A DNA stretch of 64,000 nucleotides from Rhodoferax sp. (GTDB lineage Bacteria; Pseudomonadota; Gammaproteobacteria; Burkholderiales; Burkholderiaceae_C): contig NZ_JABBPD010000004.1 of assembly GCF_012927445.1 (NCBI RefSeq), forward strand, positions 529,039-593,038, read 5' to 3'. Positions 59,132 through 64,000 of this stretch are shown here, piece after piece. Every line of letters begins with the position of its first letter. The first letter of the stretch is position 1. The notes beneath the pieces were generated by a model. That model worked only from the letters and a program-made list of their open reading frames with translations, did no database searches and had not been told where the DNA came from. The translations under genes and the position numbers were made by a program.

Positions 59132-61788
59132 GGGCGCGATGCTGCAAGGCGCTGCCGCCTGCGGCGCAGCCAGACTTTCTCAATCTCAACGGCGACAAAA
59201 ACGACCGCGGAAGCCCCGAGGCAGAGCAACAACTCGGCCAGACTCAGCGGCTCGGTCTTGAAAATCGGGTTCAGCACCGGCACATAAATCGTCGCCATTT
59301 GCAGCACAAAGGTGAGCAGCACGGCACCCAGCAACGGCCGGTTGGTGCCCAGGCCGAGACGCCACAAGGATTCGGTTTCCGAACGGACCGCCAGCACATG
59401 CGCCATCTGCGACAAGGTCAGCACGGTGAACACCATGGTCTGCCAGTGCGCGTGACCGGTCGACAAGGCCCAGGCCTGCACCAGCAGGCACAGTCCGCCG
59501 ATCAGCAAGCCGACCCACAAAATATGCTGCCATAGGCCGTGGGCGAACAGGCTTTCCTGCGGCGGACGCGGGGGCCGCTGCATGATGCCGCGCTCGGCGG
59601 GCTCGGCCGCCAGCGCCAGCCCCGGCAGACCATCGGTCACCAGGTTGACCCACAAGATGTGAATCGGCAACAGCGGAATCGGCAAACCCAGCATCGGGGC
59701 CAGAAAAATGGTCCAGATCTCGCCCGAATTACCGGTCATCGCATAGCGGACAAACTTGCGGATGTTGTCGTAAATGCGCCGGCCTTCCCGTACCGCCGCC
59801 ACGATGGTGGCAAAGTTGTCGTCGAGCAAGACCAAGCTTGACGCCTCGCGTGCCACGTCGGTACCGCCGCGGCCCATGGCCACGCCGATATCAGCCCGCT
59901 TAAGGGCAGGCGCGTCATTCACGCCGTCACCCGTCATGGCGACAAACTCACCGCGCGCCTGCAAGGCCTCAACAATGCGAATCTTCTGCGCCGGATCGAC
60001 CCGGGCATAGACCCGTACCGATGCCACGCGCTCACGCAGAGCGGACTCAGTCATCGTCGCCAGTTCCCGCCCCGTCAGCACCTCGGCCTCGCCATCCGTC
60101 ACGATGCCCAGCCGCCGCGCAATCGCCAGCGCCGTCGCCGGGTGGTCGCCCGTGATCATCACCGGCGTAATGCCTGCTGTTTGACAGTCGCGCACCGCAA
60201 CGGCAGCCTCCAGACGTGGCGGGTCAATCAATCCGATGAGCCCAATCAGGCTCAGACCAGACTCCAGCGCCTCGACTGATCCAGGGGCGGGCAGCGTCAC
60301 ATGAGTACGACAAGCCAGCGCCAGCACCCGCAAGCCCTGCGCCGCCATGGCCTCGGCAGCGGCCAGCAGCGCCGCCGGCTGCAACGGCACGGAACCGTCC
60401 ACGCGCCATTGGGAACTGCACAAAGGAATCACCGATTCGGGTGCGCCCTTGGTGTAGGCAATGAAGCTGTTTTCGACCCGATGCAAGGTGCTCATGCGCT
60501 TACGTTCCGAATCAAACGGCAGTTCCTGTACCCGTTCAAACTGCCGCTCAAGTTCCGCCTTGTCGAGTCCGGCCTCCAGCGCCACTTGCGTGAGCGCGGT
60601 TTCGGTCGGGTCGCCCTGCCACACCCCGTCGCGGTTGCGATTGGCGTCATTGCACAAGGCGGCCGCACGCAGCAGTTCCAGATGAAGGGGCCCCGCCAGT
60701 CCACTGCCCGGCACCCATTCCTGCCCATCGGCCAGCAACAGTTCGGCGTGCATGCGGTTCTGCGTCAGGGTTCCGGTCTTGTCGGAACAAATGAAGGTGA
60801 CGGAGCCCAGTGTTTCGACCGACGGCAGGCGTCGGATCAGCGCATTGAGCGACACCATGCGGCGTGCGCCCAGCGCCAGCAGCACCGTCACCACGGCAGG
60901 CAGCGCTTCTGGAATGGCGGCCACGGCCAGGCTCACAGCGGTCAGGATCATCAGCACCGGCGCCTCGCCGCGCAGTACCCCGACCAGAAAAATGACGACG
61001 CAAATGGCAATGACCGCCAACGCCAGCCGCTTGCCAAAAGCCGCCAGGCGCAACTGCAGTGGCGTGCTTCGATCCGTGTCACGGTCCAGCAGCCCGGCCA
61101 CCTTGCCCAGCTCGGTCGCCATGCCGGTAGCGACCACCAGACCGCGGCCGCGCCCGTGGGTGGCGGTGGTGCCCTTGAAAGCCATGTTGAGCCGGTCGCC
61201 CAGCGCATGCGCGACGCCGCTCAAGGTCGAGGTGTGTTTGGCCACCGTGACCGACTCACCGGTGAGGGCCGACTCGTCCACCTTGAGTTGGGCAATCTCG
61301 ATCAGCCGCAAATCTGCGGGGATCTGGTTACCGGCTTCCAGCAACACAATGTCACCGGGCACCAGTTCACTGGCGGCAATCACCAGCGTCTGCCCGCCGC
61401 GCAGCACCGTGGCATGGGTGGCGGCCAACTGCTGCAGCGCCGCCATGGCTTTGTCTGCCCGCCAGGCTTGCACAAAACCGATGGCCGCATTGAGCAGCAC
61501 GATCACCAGGATCGCCAGCGTATCGATCAGATCACCGATGACACCCGAAATCACGGCGGCACCCATCAGCACCAGCACCATGAAATCCTTGAACTGGTCA
61601 AGGAACTGACCCCACAAGCTACGGCCCGGCCGCCCCTGGATTTCGTTCGGGCCGTGCTGTTGGGCACGGCGACTGGCCTCGTCCGCCAGCAGACCATGCG
61701 CCGGGTCTACCCCGTGCTGACGCGCCAGTTCATGGGCATCACGCAGGTGCCAATGATCGGAAGCAACCTGGGGTGATTCCTCCGCCAT
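59128..61788 (-). CDS. Cation-transporting P-type ATPase (P2-type, Ca2+/Mg2+-like)
   Basis: [42 protein letters not shown]. Confidence 0.95.
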   Translation of the reverse strand: MAEESPQVASDHWHLRDAHELARQHGVDPAHGLLADEASRRAQQHGPNEIQGRPGRSLWGQFLDQFKDFMVLVLMGAAVISGVIGDLIDTLAILVIVLLNAAIGFVQAWRADKAMAALQQLAATHATVLRGGQTLVIAASELVPGDIVLLEAGNQIPADLRLIEIAQLKVDESALTGESVTVAKHTSTLSGVAHALGDRLNMAFKGTTATHGRGRGLVVATGMATELGKVAGLLDRDTDRSTPLQLRLAAFGKRLALAVIAICVVIFLVGVLRGEAPVLMILTAVSLAVAAIPEALPAVVTVLLALGARRMVSLNALIRRLPSVETLGSVTFICSDKTGTLTQNRMHAELLLADGQEWVPGSGLAGPLHLELLRAAALCNDANRNRDGVWQGDPTETALTQVALEAGLDKAELERQFERVQELPFDSERKRMSTLHRVENSFIAYTKGAPESVIPLCSSQWRVDGSVPLQPAALLAAAEAMAAQGLRVLALACRTHVTLPAPGSVEALESGLSLIGLIGLIDPPRLEAAVAVRDCQTAGITPVMITGDHPATALAIARRLGIVTDGEAEVLTGRELATMTESALRERVASVRVYARVDPAQKIRIVEALQARGEFVAMTGDGVNDAPALKRADIGVAMGRGGTDVAREASSLVLLDDNFATIVAAVREGRRIYDNIRKFVRYAMTGNSGEIWTIFLAPMLGLPIPLLPIHILWVNLVTDGLPGLALAAEPAERGIMQRPPRPPQESLFAHGLWQHILWVGLLIGGLCLLVQAWALSTGHAHWQTMVFTVLTLSQMAHVLAVRSETESLWRLGLGTNRPLLGAVLLTFVLQMATIYVPVLNPIFKTEPLSLAELLLCLGASAVVFVAVEIEKVWLRRRRQRLAASRP

Positions 61789-61814
61789 GCCGGGTTTACT
61801 GCCAGGTCAGTTGT

Positions 61815-62279
61815 TCATTCCGCCGCATCAAGCGCATCCAGCTCGGACGGCTCACTCAACTTGATGATCATCACCGGCACGCCAGCGGCGTGCAGCACTT
61901 CATTGGAGACCGAACCCAACAAAGCGCTGCGCAGGGAGCTCATGCCGCTGGCCCCCATGATGACCAGATCGCATTGGTAGTTCTCCAGGATGTCAATGAG
62001 AGTGTGTGCCGGGTCACCCGAGGCCACTTCGCTTTCGTAAGGAATATTGGCATCCTTCACCAAGGCTTCGGCGGCCAGCAGGGTGTGGGCGCCAGCGGCG
62101 GCACTCACCTGCTCAATCACTTCCGGATCGTGCGCCACCACCAGTTCATACAAGGTGGCGGGTTCCTGCACATTCGCCAAAACAAAGCTGGTCTCAAGAC
62201 CCGCCTGGGCCATGCGAATGGCAAAACGAACCGCCTCCAACGAAACAGCAGAACCATCCACGGGCAATAGTATTTTCAT
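61815..62279 (-). CDS. Universal stress protein
   Basis: ILLPVDGS, GDPA, IMGASG..LLGSVS. Confidence 0.92.
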   Translation of the reverse strand: MKILLPVDGSAVSLEAVRFAIRMAQAGLETSFVLANVQEPATLYELVVAHDPEVIEQVSAAAGAHTLLAAEALVKDANIPYESEVASGDPAHTLIDILENYQCDLVIMGASGMSSLRSALLGSVSNEVLHAAGVPVMIIKLSEPSELDALDAAE

Positions 62280-62389
62280 TTTTTCTCCGACTTAAATATT
62301 AGAACGAACCCTGCAAGCGTAGATCACCCGCGCGGGACTCGTCTTGAGTTGGGTCAATATACGCCAGTCTCTGGCGGACCCCAATCAGG

Positions 62390-62890
62390 CTAGGTCCGGG
62401 CCAGACTCTGTACTTTTTCCAGCAAGCGCTGGTTCACCAACGGCGACACAAACTTATCCACCTCACCGCCCAGCGAGACGATTTCGCGCACGAAGGTGCT
62501 GGAGATGAACTGGTATTTGTCACTGGGCGTGAGAAAAACGGTTTCCACGTTGGGCATCAGGCTGCGGTTCATGCCCGCGAGCTGGAACTCGTAGTCAAAG
62601 TCGGTCACGGCGCGCAAACCGCGCACCATCGCCTTGGCGCCGCGCGCCACCACAAAGTCACGCAACAGGCCCGAAAAGCTCTCAACTTGCACCTGCGGAT
62701 AAGCCTTACTGGCCTCACGGGCCATGTCGATGCGCTCCTCCAGCGAAAACATCGCTTTTTTATGATGCCCCGCGGCGACCGCCACGATGACGCGGTCAAA
62801 CAACTGCGTCGCCCTGCGCACCACATCTTCATGGCCGAGGGTTATGGGGTCAAAAGTGCCGGGATAAACAGCAATTACGTCATTGGCCAT
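62390..62890 (-). CDS. coaD: Phosphopantetheine adenylyltransferase
   Basis: [28 protein letters not shown]. Confidence 0.98.
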   Translation of the reverse strand: MANDVIAVYPGTFDPITLGHEDVVRRATQLFDRVIVAVAAGHHKKAMFSLEERIDMAREASKAYPQVQVESFSGLLRDFVVARGAKAMVRGLRAVTDFDYEFQLAGMNRSLMPNVETVFLTPSDKYQFISSTFVREIVSLGGEVDKFVSPLVNQRLLEKVQSLART

Positions 62891-62983
62891 TTTTTGTTTG
62901 TGGGTCAGTTGAGGGGGAAAGCTCGGGGGCTTTTTTGTCTCGGGGCTCGCCTACGCTGCATTATGCAGCGCACCAACAAACGC

Positions 62984-63598
62984 CTAACCCAGGCGCTTGA
63001 GCAAATGGGCATGCACGGCACCGGCCTTCAGGTACCGATGCACCTTCAGCCCGGCGGGCAGCAACTGCTCATCCGTCCACAAGATCGGTGCCTCCAGATA
63101 GACAAAGCCATCCAGTGCCACCACGCGGCCGGCCGCTTGCAGCGCCGCTTCAAACAACACCGAGTCAAAGGGCGGATCGAGAAACACCACATCCATGCTG
63201 GCCGGATCGATCTGTTTGAGCGCAGCCACGCCGTCGCCGCGCACGATTTGCGTCGCGCTGGCCTGCAGCTGCGTCTGAATGCGCTTGAGCTGCACCACCA
63301 GGGCGGTGTCCTGTTCGACCAGCGTCACCTCTTTGGCACCACGCGAAGCGGCTTCAAAGCCGAGCACACCGGTGCCGGCAAAGGCATCGATACAACGCCA
63401 GCCAGTCAGGTCCTGGCCCAGCCAGTTGAACAGGGTCTCGCGCACGCGATCAGGGGTCGGGCGCAGGCCGGGCTTGTCGGCCACCGCCAGCTTGGTGCGC
63501 TTCCATTGGCCGCCGATGATGCGGACTTCATGGCTCTGTGGGGCGGCATGAACGGGGACGCGGGGCTTGCGGGGGAGTTCGGATTTCTTTTGTTTCAT
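62984..63598 (-). CDS. rsmD: 16S rRNA m2G966 methyltransferase
   Basis: RIIGG, LRPTPDRVRETLFNWL, DAFAGTG, FLDPPF. Confidence 0.96.
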   Translation of the reverse strand: MKQKKSELPRKPRVPVHAAPQSHEVRIIGGQWKRTKLAVADKPGLRPTPDRVRETLFNWLGQDLTGWRCIDAFAGTGVLGFEAASRGAKEVTLVEQDTALVVQLKRIQTQLQASATQIVRGDGVAALKQIDPASMDVVFLDPPFDSVLFEAALQAAGRVVALDGFVYLEAPILWTDEQLLPAGLKVHRYLKAGAVHAHLLKRLG

Positions 63599-63713
63599 TG
63601 GTATAGCTTAACGAAGTAGGCCGGTGGCCCTGGCACATCCCAATGAAACCCGATTGCGTCTCGCCCGTCGGATCAGCAAGAGGCAGCCAGCGCTCGGAAA
63701 AGTGCTGCTTCGG

Positions 63714-64000
63714 TCACTTGCCAGCGGCCACACCGCCCAGCACCACCGTCACCATTTTCTCCGGCTGCAGCTTGCGCGCAAACGCGGCTTTCACGTCGGC
63801 GGCACTTACTTTTTCTACCTGCTGTGTCCAGGTGTCCAGGTAGTCCAGCGGCAACTGGTTCCAGGCGATGTTGGCGACGTTGTCGAGCAGCTTGCGGTTG
63901 CTGTCGACGCGCAGGGCAAAGCCGCCGATCAGGTTGTCTTTGGCGGCTTTGAGTTCCTCCTCCAGCGGGCCGTTGGCCACAAACTCGGCCACCACGTCAC
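63714..64000 (-). CDS. M16 (insulinase/pitrilysin) family peptidase, C-terminal part (5' end outside window)
   Basis: EEELKAAKDNLIGGFALRVDSN...GLP-like QLPLDYLDTW...VSAADVKAAF, typical of the M16 C-domain upstream of rsmD. Confidence 0.8.
   Translation of the reverse strand, partial: DVVAEFVANGPLEEELKAAKDNLIGGFALRVDSNRKLLDNVANIAWNQLPLDYLDTWTQQVEKVSAADVKAAFARKLQPEKMVTVVLGGVAAGK

Overview
A GC-rich betaproteobacterial chromosome segment; gene content and order suggest Comamonadaceae, possibly Rhodoferax-like (inference). The first 26 kb holds a nitrogen-scavenging neighbourhood: ureD, then about 20 kb of other genes (an amide-utilisation block with amiE, fmdB, fmdA, an UrtABCDE-type ABC transporter, a permease-fused hybrid histidine kinase and a LuxR-type response regulator), then ureA-ureJ-ureBCEFG and tRNA-Ser(TGA). 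From 30.7 kb on it is mostly conserved core genome: hemW, rdgB, rph, PP2C and Ser/Thr kinase, yicC, gmk, rpoZ, spoT, greB, two tRNAs, hrcA, nadK, recN, rapZ, mutY, a dynamin-like GTPase, mutM, TPR, lolB, ispE, tRNA-Gln, prs, rplY, pth, a ferredoxin, a P-type ATPase, coaD and rsmD. The standout is a 3,867-bp non-autonomous Tn7-like element (26329-30195) inserted 29 nt downstream of tRNA-Ser. It has TGT...ACA ends, an exact 5-bp CGGTC target duplication and arrays of 17-bp TnsB-like sites. Its cargo is two back-to-back c-di-GMP-I (GEMM-I) riboswitches, each followed by an intrinsic terminator and an uncharacterised secreted protein, plus a type I RM hsdM relic. A second notable signal is a ~50-bp dispersed palindromic repeat (6 copies). 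Three copies sit in-frame in N-terminal signal peptides (UreJ, LolB, a hypothetical protein) and one supplies the rph stop codon. All calls come from reading the sequence; no database search or folding program was run.
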